A DNA stretch of 63,930 bases, filler included, from an uncultured bacterium (GTDB taxonomy: Bacteria > Auribacterota > CAZIXI01): the NCBI GenBank assembly GCA_964543115.1. It is 8 parts of 8 records of this genome, joined end to end, with 100 filler letters (N's around TTAATTAATTAA, not from the genome) between each part and the next. Parts side by side here need not be neighbours in the genome. Positions count along the whole stretch, not along the records: positions 48,375 to 56,156 come from CAZIXI010000166.1; positions 56,257 to 63,930 come from CAZIXI010000168.1; 6 more parts are not named here. One strand, 5' to 3'. Numbering within the stretch: position 1 is the first letter of the stretch; every line of letters begins with the position of its first letter. The translations under genes were made by a program, and so were the position numbers. Positions 48,375 through 60,315 of this stretch are shown in pieces. A model generated the notes under the pieces. It was not told the DNA's origin. It was given only the letters and a program-made list of their open reading frames with translations, and made no database searches.

Positions 48375-51300
48375 GCCTTTTCCTTTTTTCTTCTGTTTCT
48401 AGGACATTACCTTTCTGACTATCTAATTCGTCTATATCTTCCAGTTGCTGCATTAAAAAGGCAACGTCTGCCGCTTTGTGCCAATCATTCATGATTATTT
48501 GTAACGTCCAGGCCAGGATGTGAACAGCGTCATCCTTATTAAAACCAAGCAAATCGGCAGGAGAATCCTGAGCAATCGCCTCATCACAAAAAACCTCGTA
48601 TTCTTCATGTTCGCTGGCATTTTCTTTATCAAAGGCATCGCTTAAAACAAGCACCACCCTGGTTGTCTCTCCCGTATCCACCTCTACTAATTCCACATTA
48701 CAGGCCCCCGCGATGCCAGCAAAATAAGCGGTTAGTTCCGGCTCGCCTGCTAAATCTTCTTCGGATACTTCAAGATATAGATAATCCATGTCATTATCAA
48801 CGGTCACCAGTTTTCTGTCCGGCTTCCTTTTCTCCAACAACCTCTCTACCGCCCTCTTCTGCTCTTCCGTCATCTTCCGATCAACATCTACGGTATCACT
48901 ACGAACCCTGACCTTTTTACGCATACCCACTCGTTTCAATGTTGGCCCTGCTACCTCAACACCATCCCCTCTTTTCAGGGCAGTAACCCGGTCGGCTGCC
49001 TCAACACTAATTTCCTGCCGGATAAAATTGATAATGTTCGCAAAACCAACTTCCGCCCCCTCCCCTAGATTAATTTTCTCATAACCAGCTAAACCACTCA
49101 TTACCGACCAGAGGGTCTCTGGATCCATTTGCAGAATAGTATGCGCAATTAATTTCCTTGATTCCGCATCAAAATGCCAACTGGTATCTGCTTCCCGAAA
49201 ACCGCGATAAGCAAGCTTAAAATTATAATCAAGTTCAACTCGATCCAATATCTTTCCCGGACTAGTGGCCAGACGCAGGGTTCCTGTCTCTAGATCTTGT
49301 TCTGACCTCGCATCAATGGGGTATACCCCTATTCCTTCCGGCGAGAGAACAACCAGGTTCCATTTGAGAAAAATATTATTCTCCACATAACCTAAGACAT
49401 CAGCCTTCGGGTTTTCCGCGTATCGCTTCATCATTTGATAAAGCACCCTTGTCCTCTCCCTGTTACCCTCAAAGGGCATCTCTTGCCCATCAAGATTTAA
49501 CATAAAGTTGAAAATCAAATCTTCCAGCATAAACATAACTTCATCGGGATGGGTAAAAGAACCAATAATATTGGCTTCTTGAATTGTCATATCTTTTGCT
49601 ACCCCCAGTAAAATCTGGGCCACATCACTACCTGCCAGGTATATCTTTCCATCAGCCATTTCTCTGCTCAATATTTCATATCTTTCTTTACTCTTTTCCA
49701 CTTCCGCCAGCATAATTGGTTCACCAGATTTTTGCATTAACGCTATCTGATCAGCAAGCTCAGCCAATTGTTTTTGTCTAAACCGTAAAAAACTTTGATA
49801 TAATTGTCTATAAAAATCGATAGAGATCGCCGTTTTACTATCCCGAGCAGCATCAGTCCAGCGATAGAACTTGGTCCGTTCTCGATACCAACCACAGATA
49901 TCCCTTAACATTTCTAGTTGTTCCGCCGCAGTCAATCGAATAAAATCATCTTCCTCCGGTACCTTTTCCCTGATCTCTTCCACCTGTGATGCTGGCAACG
50001 CCTCGTCCATCTCAGCCCCTGCTGGCGCAGGTGTTGCCGCTACTTCCGCTTTCCGCACAACTTTGTTTATTGTGGTTACCGGCCTTGTCTGAAGAATATA
50101 GATAGTACCACCGACAATAGCAAATTCTATATCCTGCGGATAACCATAAAATTTCTCTATCGCCTGGGCAATTATAAACAGGTTTCTTCTTTCCTCCGGG
50201 GTAACAAACGGAGATTCCCTGAAATTTCTATTATCAACCTTAACAACCTTCGTTCCCCGGCCAGTTTCCGCATCAAAGACAACTATCCGGTCTTTCTTAT
50301 TATTAATCACGGTTTTATCCCTAATCAACGTCCCATTATCTTTGCGTACGAGAATCCTATCCGAAGGAACCTTGCTCTGCACATAACCTTCCGGCAGTCC
50401 CCGACAGCCGCTGATAGCCATCGCCCCGTACTCTCCATCAACGTAAGTCATCATCACTCCGCCTTTTTCCGCCGGCACCATCTCCTGAATCAGTACCGCG
50501 TGCGCCAAATCCTCCTGAGGAGCATCTTTACGGTATCGTATCGCCCTGTCCGTGTATAGGGATGCCCAAACAAGTTTGATATAATCTTCTATCTCATCTC
50601 CCCTTATGTAAAGGTACGTTTCCATCTGGCCAGCAAACGAGGCCTCCTGGCCGTCTTCATCAATAGCAGACGAACGTATCGCGTAATACGCATCTGGGCT
50701 AAGGCCCAATGAGGCAATAGCTTGACTCACCGCCGCCGGCATTGCTGCTTGCGCAAAATAAAAATGGAGAAACTCTTCTTTTGATTCTATGCTATCGTCA
50801 GCTAGCGCCTCCTTGATTAACTCTTTCAAGGTTATCCTGTGACCATTATAATCAACCTTCTGCCTCATAAAAAGCTCATAAGCATTACGAGTAACTGCAC
50901 CACCCACTTCTGGTACTCTATACTCCGCCTTTGCTCCTCCTTCCAATTGCAAACCGGCCAATGCGCCTTCCAGGGTCGAGTCTTCCTCAGTTACTTCTTC
51001 CTCAACCGGACTTAAGACCAAGGCTAATGTGCCCGCTGTTTCTGGCTCAGCTTTAGCTTTTGACGGTTCCTCTTCAACAAGATCTACCAAAAAACTATCC
51101 AGGTCAAAAGCACCAGTATCCACCTCTGCTTCCTGCTGGTCACTGCTTTCCGCGACAACAAATAGTGGCGCCGCAGGGGCTTCCACTCCTTCAGCAGGCT
51201 GCAATTCCGCTGTTATGCTAGCCAATGCCCCCTGCAATTCACCCTGCTTTGCCGCTTTCGGACCAACCTGCTCAGTCAGGTGCGCACCTACAGCAGCCAA

Positions 51301-54300
51301 AGGAAGTACCAGTGCCCCCTGCTTACTTGTAACATCGGCATCTCTTATTTGTTCCGCCCGCAGCTTAAGCTGTTCTAGCCCTGTAATATCAATAGCTTCT
51401 TCTTCGGCAATCTCAATCAGTCTAAGCAATTCAGGGGCATTGTTTATATTAAGGCCAGCAGCAATTTCGCTTATCCTCCTTTTGATATCCTGCTCCAGCT
51501 CCCCTCTCCGCTTATCAATAGCGTCTCTATTCCTTCTTAACGGTGTGGCTAATATATCCACCTCTTGCCCGAGAACATATTGTGCCTCCCGTAATTCCTG
51601 AGCGATACTTTTTGCTTCAGACTGCATCGACAGAATTTCAGCAAAAGTATTTACCCTGGAGGCCGCAGCAGTCATCTTCCCTAAGGCCATCGTCGCTTCA
51701 GAGGCCTTCTGATTCAAAACAGCATTTAGATGCAGCGGTAACCTTTTCTCTATCGCCGGGTACTGCATGAGACTATCATAAATATATTTCTTATCATCAG
51801 CAGACCGCACCGTCGGAGTATCCAATAATAGCTGCGCGAAAAACCTTAGTGTTCTTGCCCCCTCAAAATCATATCGACTCAAAAGGATAATGGCTCTATT
51901 GAGATTAGCAACCAAATCCGCCCAAAGAACCTCTTCCTCTGCCGTTCCTTTCTTTTGAATAATCGCCTGTAATAGCTCAAATAGCCGGTAATATTCCGTA
52001 CCTTTTTTATAGACTTTAATCTCGCCAGATTCCCCATTCACAATCACTAGATCCCCATCCTCAACAACACTCTTTTCTTTGCGCACATTGTCCCGCAGTT
52101 TAATATCCATTCCTTCCGTTGAAGCATTACCCCATTCATAATCCTCATATTCAATCTCCGCGTCATTACCCTTCAGTGTTCCATCAGTACAAATCACATA
52201 AGGAGTCTCCGCCTCCCGCGCGATCAGGGCCGGATGCGCGTCACTACCCCCGTCAAAAGCCACAATCCCCGCGGAACTACGCGTTAAGGCATCATCTTCT
52301 TCTGTCAGAAAATCACAAATTAAAACTCTGCCGGCTACTTCCTGCGGCTGCAAACCCTCACGCTTCAATTTCGCCCGACCCACACTTTTTCCACGACAAG
52401 CCACTAATCCCTTGATCCCAGGAGGAGCAAGTGACGGTACTTCTTCCGGATCCAGACCATCTTTAATTGTCCCGCGGATATTCTCTGGATCGATCGGGTC
52501 CGGATCCGTATCAGCTGAAGCAATCGCATAACCATTGTGCCTTAATAACTCCCGGATTTCCTGAGCTGTTTTAAAACGATTAATTGTGTAACACTCATCT
52601 CCACGGACAGCCGTAGCTAACAGCGGCAGACCACCTTCTCGCGGGTCTTCAATCACATAAAAGGTAATCGCCCCACCAACAACAGGAACAGATACCTCTT
52701 TAACTGTCCAACTGTTATTGATCTGACCAATCACCTTATATACGAATTGATCCTGTAGCGCTGGCTCTTCCAGGATATTTTTTATTTTAACCATCTCAGT
52801 AATAGTTTGAGGAGATTCTTTATAAATCAACGAAAGCAGTAAGGCTATGGGCAGCTGCTTTTCAAACCCCGGCGCCCGCTGCAACTGGCCCTGGTCATCA
52901 TATATGAACCAACCATATTTGATACCTGTTTCAATCGGCCTTTTAACATATTCGTTGTATACCTTTTGCGTAAAAAGTGTTCCTTCTTCAATTAGCGGCA
53001 AACCTAATCTTAACAATAAATCATTCGCCCTGCCAACAAACCTCCGAGACCTAACCCTGGCTATTTCCAGCTCTATTTCCTTAATTTCATCACTATTTAG
53101 TCCACCCGTCTCCTCCCCGGCCTCCTCAAGCTGCTGCCATAAAAGCTCCGGCACCACTTCATCCATAGCGATTATCCTGTCTTCCATTATCGCCTCAGCA
53201 AGACTATTTACCAGATTATCAAGAAAACCTTTCTGGCTGGAAAGATGACTGGCTATTTTACTTCCTTCAGCATAGCTGCTGGTCGTTGCCGAAAAGTTAA
53301 CTACTCGCTGAATTGCATCAAATCCTCTTTCCCGATCAGCAATCGTACTGACATTATTATCCATCCTCGCGATCAAACTGCCATCCTGCAGACTCGGTTC
53401 CACTCGAAACCCAGCCCGCCGAAGAATACGACCGAATAACTTTAACCTGACCTTACCCCCCAAACTATCAGCCATCGACTCTTTATAATAGACAACAATA
53501 CTTCCCCCGTCATTGGGCGGCCTCATGTTCACTATAATATCAAAAGAATGGATCGTCATTGCCAGGTTAAAAAACGCCATCGCCCCGGATGAAATAACAT
53601 TTGCTGTTGTTGGAGCAAATTTACTGCTAACAATATCCAGAAAACCGCGCCTAAAATTGCCTAGCAACGGATGTTCAAGAGCACTTTCTTCGCTAACATT
53701 GGCATAGTTATACTTTGTTTCTCTGTGCTGCATATCACCAGCAAAATTACCGCCGGAGAACGACATTGTTCTTTCCGTTTCCCCGGCAAACGATTCTGCT
53801 TTCGCAAATATTTTTCTTATTGCCTTTCGATGCACCAGGTTTATCAGGGCATGTAATTGTGTCTGCTGACTCAATACCTGATTATGCTCAATAGAGCTAA
53901 TCTTTTTATACAACCCGGGAACCCGCTCTATTTTATCAGCAGGATTAAGCCCCTCTTTCGATATGCTCTCTTCAATATCCCGTCGAATTTCTTCTAACCG
54001 CAACAACATCGCCTGCGCTTCAACATCTTCTGAAAATTCTTGATAATTTTTGATCATATTACTTACTATTCCCAGAACCTCCCTCAACTCCTGTACCGTC
54101 ATTTCCGGACTGAACTTTTTCAGGGCCTCCGCATTCATACTCAAAAACTCTTCAAACAGTCCGAGCCCTTTCCTGATCGTCTCTCTCATTACCCCCATCA
54201 TCCAAGAGGCTCCTTCAGATTCTTTTGTTTCACGCATGAAAAATGTTCTTCTGGCCGGTTGTCTGCCAAATATCTGAGCAGCCCATGCCGAACTATCTGA

Positions 54301-56156
54301 TAAACCATACGGCCTTCCCGGAAAATAATTCCCTATAGTCGCACTGGCATCAGCCCGCTGCAGGCTCTCATTTCCTTTTGCCTGAGCAACAACCCGGACA
54401 CCGTCTTCACCCAATCCCGCCAATTCACTCCTTACGGCAACCTCCGCGGGAACTTCTTCCACGGGTATCTCCTCTAGTTTGGCGATTTTATCCAAGGTCT
54501 CTACAACTCTACCGGCCTCAAAACTAACTGCCCCAGCACCATATCCTTCCCTAAAAGAAACCAGAACCTCATTCGCTGCAACCCGTGGTAAACTTTGCAT
54601 AGTTAACACCAGACTATTTTTTGTTGCTTCTGAAAATCCTTCTGGAGTACCCAGAAATAAAACTTCCAGCTTTCTTCTCACCATAATATTTTCCAGAATA
54701 TCCGCTAATAAATCGTTATCTTCCGTTCCGGCAGCAAGCCGTTGCCTAACCGGCGCCAATACCGCAACACCCATCCGGCACAATTCCTCTGCTGCCAGCC
54801 AGCATTCAGCCGGGTTGCCGGTATCAATAATATCGAGGAGATTACTTGCGGAATTAGTATAATTAACTGTATAGGCATATCTTTTGAACTGCGCCAGTAC
54901 CGATAACTCCCTCAAGCCGGCCAGCATCGTTTCTCCAGATAACTCTGCCTCTTGTTTAATATCTGTTTGCAATGAACGCAGCGGGGATAATAATCTTTGC
55001 CCCAGTGATTCTAGCGGCACCAGCGCCTCCAGTTCATCATAAAAACCGATTATCTTTTCATATGTTTGCCACGCGTCCATTACTGACTGTGTCTCCAACA
55101 GCCGCATCGCCTCTTCGATCTTCTCTACCAGATCAAGTATTCTCCCTTTTCTCTGCAACACCAACCTGGTCTCGTGCAATCTAGTTGTGTTCTCTGTCGG
55201 TGCTGCTGCGATTTCCTCCTTGTTTCTTTGCTCCGCCCGATCGAGTCGTTCCCGAACATGACCAGGATCTCTTTCCACAATTCCCGCTGTCACTAGTAGA
55301 TCTTCCAGGGTATTCCTTAAACCAGCTGCTTCTACCCCTTCTAATTCTTCAATCGCTGCCATCATATCCTGAAGCTGTCTTTCCGGTATCGCAAACTCCG
55401 TAATTGCTTCTCTGACCGTTCCTGGCTTGGTAGCCGCCGCAATCGTCCCGGCAATCTCCGGACTGAGCACCCTCCTTAAAGCCGCGGTGAGTGTAGTTAT
55501 CGGCCCCGGCGGTGTATTCGCTACCGCTTCCGGTCGACCAAGAGCGTAAGTTGCTAACAAAGCCTTATTAGATGTAAGCCGCTTATCCAGCATCACCTTC
55601 AGATAAGTATTATCATTCTGTTCTTTAGTTATCTGAGGCAAAATCACTAAGTAATTAATCTTTTTCTCCGTTAGCTGGTTTATTACTCCTTGAGCGTGAA
55701 AACCACCGATTAACATCACCGCCTTATCCTTACCTTGTAGATCCATCCTAGCCAGGGTATTTTCCAGCAGTATTTGGTCGCGTCGGCAGGCAAGCTGATA
55801 AAATTCTCCTGCGGGCAGAAGACAATTGTCTATTTTCTTCAGGAAATTCTCGTCACACAGCTCTGGCGGCAATTTAAGATTATAAAGTGGAGCCTGTATT
55901 TTCAACAAGGCCAATAATTCCTCCGCCCGGAATTCCGCCTGGTGCTGTGTGTAGTAGTCGAGACCGCTGTTAGTCAGCTTGAGTTTAAAAAGCTTAGCAA
56001 GAATTCCCAGTTTCTTACTAAGATCATCCAGTTTACGCTCAAGAGGATCAACAAACAGAGCTTCTTTTACTTCAGCAGTAATATCATCCAATTCCTCAAA
56101 TAATTTATCACTATCAACGCCTGCTTGCAGGCGTAGTAACTCTACATAAAGGGTAA
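48375..56156 (-). CDS. Giant multidomain protein (about 2,590 aa seen, open at both ends) with PEP-utiliser phosphohistidine and PPDK-type ATP-grasp domains
   Basis: The whole scaffold is one open frame; MLIGGFH domain; DGGSDAHPALIARE; VGPKAAKQGEL...AIRSSAIDEDGQEASFAGQMET...QDIEFA...ILQTRPVT; EHEEYE near the end. Confidence 0.9.
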
Positions 56157-56256
56157 NNNNNNNNNNNNNNNNNNNNNNNNNNNNNNNNNNNNNNNNNNNN
56201 TTAATTAATTAANNNNNNNNNNNNNNNNNNNNNNNNNNNNNNNNNNNNNNNNNNNN
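56157..56256. other. Artificial scaffold linker
   Basis: N-TTAATTAATTAA-N, 100 nt. Confidence 0.98.
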
Positions 56257-56268
56257 ATGTAATAAAAT

Positions 56269-56299
56269 CTGGATCCCGCGGTCAAGCCGCGGGATGACA
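56269..56299. repeat. REP-like palindrome GGATCCCGCGGTCAAGCCGCGGGATGAC
   Basis: ATCCCGCGG/CCGCGGGAT stem with GTCA-type flank. Confidence 0.7.
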
Positions 56300-56384
56300 A
56301 TACGGCACAAATTACCTATTTTGCAAAAGTCTTATAATTAACTGATCTCTGTTCTTGGTCGCGATTGGGACAAATCATAGCAAA

Positions 56385-57278
56385 CTATCCGAATATTTCC
56401 AATGCTTTCTTTACTAAATTATAATGGATGGTTATTGTATCTTCCACATTGACGGCATAACCGCCGGCCAGAACAGCAGCAACAGGCACTTTATATTTCT
56501 TCGCATTACTAAAAACTATTTGATCGCGCTGTTCCAGTCCGGCCATGGTTAACCGCAATCCGCCCAGCTGGTCCTTCTCGTAAGGATCGGCACCGGCTAC
56601 GTAAACCATTAACTGCGGCTGGAATTCTTCGATTATTTTCGGCAAATGTGTGCGCAGATAAAGTAAATACTCTTCATCCCCAGTTCCATCCGCCAAACCA
56701 ATATCCATGGTGCTTTTTTGTTTTGGAATGGGATAGTTATTTTCTTGGTGAATTGAAAATGTATAAACTGACCGGTCATCCTTAAAAATTGCCGCGGTAC
56801 CGTTACCCTGATGTAGATCGCAATCGATAACCAGGGCCTTCTCTATCTTCTCTTCTTGCTGCATTACGCGAATGCCGATAGCGATATCGTTTAAGACACA
56901 GAATCCCTCTCCATGCCCGGCAAAGGCATGATGAAATCCGCCTCCCAAATGAACAGCACATCCTTCCGCAAGGGCATTGCGGCAGGCCTTGATCGTACCA
57001 TCGGCACAAAGCCAGGAGGCATTAACTAATTCACTTGAGTAGGGAAGCTCAAGCGTACACAGCTCTTGCGGAGATAAGCTAGCTGTTTTTAATTTATGAA
57101 TATAATCAGCTGTATGGGCCAGAGCAAGTAATTCATCATCAGGCAAAACCGGCTCTATAAAAGCAAGGCGATTATCTTTCTCTGCAGTTAATCTCTGATA
57201 AACACCATCATATTTTACTGTGGGAAAAACATGCCCGCCAAGATCAATATTGTATTCAGGAGAATAGATGATTTTCAT
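56385..57278 (-). CDS. Histone deacetylase-family protein
   Basis: GHVFP, GGGFHHA, GFCVLND, DCDLHQGNGT, AGADP, LAGGY. Confidence 0.93.
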   Translation of the reverse strand: MKIIYSPEYNIDLGGHVFPTVKYDGVYQRLTAEKDNRLAFIEPVLPDDELLALAHTADYIHKLKTASLSPQELCTLELPYSSELVNASWLCADGTIKACRNALAEGCAVHLGGGFHHAFAGHGEGFCVLNDIAIGIRVMQQEEKIEKALVIDCDLHQGNGTAAIFKDDRSVYTFSIHQENNYPIPKQKSTMDIGLADGTGDEEYLLYLRTHLPKIIEEFQPQLMVYVAGADPYEKDQLGGLRLTMAGLEQRDQIVFSNAKKYKVPVAAVLAGGYAVNVEDTITIHYNLVKKALEIFG

Positions 57279-57309
57279 TTTATAATACGGGTGAAGCCCG
57301 TATTCAATC

Positions 57310-59145
57310 CTACTCTACAGTAACACTTTTCGCCAGATTGCGCGGTTTATCAATGTCACAGCCCCGGGCCAGGGCGGCGTAATAGGCAAATAACTGGAGG
57401 GGAATAATATTAATTATGGGGCTGAGTACCTCACTGGTCGGAGGAACGTATATCACTTCTTCGGCTATCTCAGCTACCTGGGTATCCCCTTCGGTGGCGA
57501 TAGCGATTATCCGTCCATTACGCGCCTCCACTTCTTTTATGTTACTGAGCATCTTTTCGTAAAAGGCGCCCTGGGTACAAATACAGATTACCGGCAGTTC
57601 GGCATCGATCAGGGATATGGGACCGTGTTTCATTTCTCCGGCTGGATAGCCTTCGGCATGGATATAGGATATTTCCTTGTTCTTCAGCGCCCCTTCCAAA
57701 GCAGTTGGATAATTAAAACCGCGGCCCAGATAAAGCGAACTGGCAACAAAGGAATATTTTTCCGCGCATTTCCTGATTTTTTTCTCTTGCCTGAATACCG
57801 CCTCAATCTTATCCGGTACGGCCTCCAGCTCTTTAATCAAGCTCCGGGCCTTATCCGCGGTCATCTGTCCTTTAAGCTGAGCTAGATAAATTGTGAATAA
57901 ATAAAACGCTGTTAACTGGCAGCTATAGGCCTTGGTACTGGCTACACCTATTTCCGGGCCGGCACAGGTATAAATAACCGCGTCACTTTCCCGGGCGATA
58001 CTGCTACCTAAAACGTTGCAGATACTGAGCAAGTAACAGCCGCGCCGCCGGGCTTCCCGGATACAGGCCAAGGTATCGGCAGTTTCGCCAGATTGGGAAA
58101 CACTCATGATAAAGGTATGCTCGTCTATTTTTGGTTTGCGGTAACGGAACTCACTGGCGATATCTATCTCTACCGGGATATCTGTAAAATACTCCATCAG
58201 GTAACGGCCCACTATCCCGGCATGAAACGCGGTGCCGCAGGCAACAATACAGAGTTTGCGCATCTGGGCCAACCGCTGAGCGTCTAAACCCTGGGTCTTA
58301 AAAATAACTCCGTCTTTTTCCTGATTAATCCTGCCCAGTAATGTTTTCCTGACGGCTTCCGGCTGTTCATGAATCTCTTTCAGCATGAACTTATCGTAGC
58401 CACCCTTCTCTACCGTGGCCAGGTCCCATTCCACTTCCGCTACTTCATAGTCCCGGGGTTTACCAGAAAAATCCGTTATTGCTATATCTTTTCCGTTTAA
58501 GACGACCATTTCATTGTTGTCCAGGTAGACAACCTTTCTTGTCCCAGCCAGAAATGCCGGCACGTCACTGGCAATATAATTCCCCTCTTCACCAATGCCC
58601 ACAACCAGCGGACTGTTACAGCGGGCGGCAACAATCACGTCCGGAGCCTTCTTATTGATCGCCGCCACGGCAAATGAACCTTCCAGTTTCTTAAATGTTT
58701 CGCGGCAGGCAGCAATAAAATCCGGAGATTTTTTCAGGGCATCTTCTATCAGATGAACAATAACTTCGGAATCCGTTTCTGAAGTAAACACATGGCCGGC
58801 GGCCTGGAGGTCTTCTTTTAATTTATGATAGTTCTCTATTATCCCGTTATGAACAATACATATCGTTCCCTGACAATCAGTGAACGGATGGGCATTTTCA
58901 CGCGAGGGAGCGCCATGGGTGGCCCAGCGGGTATGACCTATCCCCACCGTTCCTCCAGCAAACGCCGGGGTTAGTTCTTTTTTCAGGGTCTCGATTCTGC
59001 CTTTGACTTTCTCTAAGCGCAGTTTGCCATTACCGCCAATAACTACGCCGGCAGAATCATAACCGCGGTATTCCAGGCGTTCCAGACCCCTGATTATTAC
59101 CGGCAAAGCTTTGTTTTTACCTATATACCCGATAATTCCGCACAT
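57310..59145 (-). CDS. glmS: Glutamine--fructose-6-phosphate aminotransferase
   Basis: MCGIIG, GHTRWATHG, SQSGETADT, PRNLAKSVTVE. Confidence 0.98.
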   Translation of the reverse strand: MCGIIGYIGKNKALPVIIRGLERLEYRGYDSAGVVIGGNGKLRLEKVKGRIETLKKELTPAFAGGTVGIGHTRWATHGAPSRENAHPFTDCQGTICIVHNGIIENYHKLKEDLQAAGHVFTSETDSEVIVHLIEDALKKSPDFIAACRETFKKLEGSFAVAAINKKAPDVIVAARCNSPLVVGIGEEGNYIASDVPAFLAGTRKVVYLDNNEMVVLNGKDIAITDFSGKPRDYEVAEVEWDLATVEKGGYDKFMLKEIHEQPEAVRKTLLGRINQEKDGVIFKTQGLDAQRLAQMRKLCIVACGTAFHAGIVGRYLMEYFTDIPVEIDIASEFRYRKPKIDEHTFIMSVSQSGETADTLACIREARRRGCYLLSICNVLGSSIARESDAVIYTCAGPEIGVASTKAYSCQLTAFYLFTIYLAQLKGQMTADKARSLIKELEAVPDKIEAVFRQEKKIRKCAEKYSFVASSLYLGRGFNYPTALEGALKNKEISYIHAEGYPAGEMKHGPISLIDAELPVICICTQGAFYEKMLSNIKEVEARNGRIIAIATEGDTQVAEIAEEVIYVPPTSEVLSPIINIIPLQLFAYYAALARGCDIDKPRNLAKSVTVE

Positions 59146-59169
59146 ATAAAAACCGTTCCTCGTTTATCG

Positions 59170-60315
59170 TTATTTGTTTATCGTTATTATCTGGAAATCT
59201 TGTGTTAGTATTGTTAGGTCGGCGTCTTTGCCGACTGCTAGCGTTCCTTTACGTTCAGCCAGGCCCAAAACAGTTGCGGGATTAATGGTAGCCAATTTTA
59301 TCGCTTCTGTCAAATCTAAACGGGAATGCTTAATTATATTGGCCAGGGCCAAATTAAGCGGGGTAACACTGCCCTGCAGGCTTCCGCTCTCTGTTCTGGC
59401 TATATGTCCGTTACTGATCGTTTTTTTACCGGCAAACTCTATCTCTCCTTCTCCCTGCTCCAATCCGGCTAAGCAATCGCTGACCATAACTATTTTCCGC
59501 CTGTCCTTTTCCCGCAGCACAAGCTCAATCATTGCCGGATGCACGTGTATGCCATCGGCAATGATTTCTACTGTTACCGCCTCACTTTTTAAGGCCGCGC
59601 CAACAACACCAGGCTCACGATGATGAAACGGCGGCATGGCGTTAAACAGATGGGTAACATATTCCAGGCCGTTATCCACCGCCGCCAGTGTCTCTTCATA
59701 ATTGGCCAGGGTATGGCCAATAGCCGGGATTACGCCGTTTTCTTTGAGTAGCGCGGCTAATTCCAGATTTCCCGGGATTTCCGGGGCCAGGGTCACTATT
59801 TTGAGTTGTCCCTGGGCCGCGGCAAGAAGTTCCCGCAACTCACCGGTATCCGGCTTCCTTATATATTGGGCCGGCTGGGCACCACATCGTTCCGGATTTA
59901 AATATGGGCCTTCCAGATTGATACCTAATATCTGTGCCCCGCTGTAATCCGCCTTGTTAATCTTGTCGGCCAATTCAGCTGTGGCCTCAACCATTTTCTT
60001 AAACGGGGCTGTTGGTAATGTGGCCAGAAAACCCGTTACTCCCTGGGTGGCAAGCACCCCGGCTAAATTCTCTGCCGCTTTTTCTGTGTCCCGGTAAAGA
60101 TCACATTTACCCACACCATGAACATGTAAATCAATAAAACCGGGAACCAAATAGCCCTCTTGGGCATCTATCCACTTAGTTCCCGCACTGCCAATCTCCT
60201 CTTGCGGCTTACCGGCGGCGATGCTGACTATTAAACCATCTTCGACAACTAAATAACCCGCCGGGATAATGATATCTTTCTGTATTATCTTGGCATTAAA
60301 TATAATTATCCGCAT
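59170..60315 (-). CDS. nagA: N-acetylglucosamine-6-phosphate deacetylase
   Basis: PGFIDLHVHG, LEGPYL, TLAPE, THLFNAM, IADGIHVHP. Confidence 0.95.
   Translation of the reverse strand: MRIIIFNAKIIQKDIIIPAGYLVVEDGLIVSIAAGKPQEEIGSAGTKWIDAQEGYLVPGFIDLHVHGVGKCDLYRDTEKAAENLAGVLATQGVTGFLATLPTAPFKKMVEATAELADKINKADYSGAQILGINLEGPYLNPERCGAQPAQYIRKPDTGELRELLAAAQGQLKIVTLAPEIPGNLELAALLKENGVIPAIGHTLANYEETLAAVDNGLEYVTHLFNAMPPFHHREPGVVGAALKSEAVTVEIIADGIHVHPAMIELVLREKDRRKIVMVSDCLAGLEQGEGEIEFAGKKTISNGHIARTESGSLQGSVTPLNLALANIIKHSRLDLTEAIKLATINPATVLGLAERKGTLAVGKDADLTILTQDFQIITINK

Noticed and set aside
51029..51601. 190-aa plus-strand ORF and other short ORFs inside the giant gene
   Set aside because: Antisense shadows of a long open frame with recognisable domains
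48375..56156. Plain annotation as phosphoenolpyruvate synthase (ppsA)
   Set aside because: Domain order is reversed, no pyruvate-binding barrel is visible, and the module is only part of a much larger protein
59146..59200. glmS ribozyme
   Set aside because: Only 24 nt separate nagA and glmS; just a short TTTATCGTTATT duplication is present
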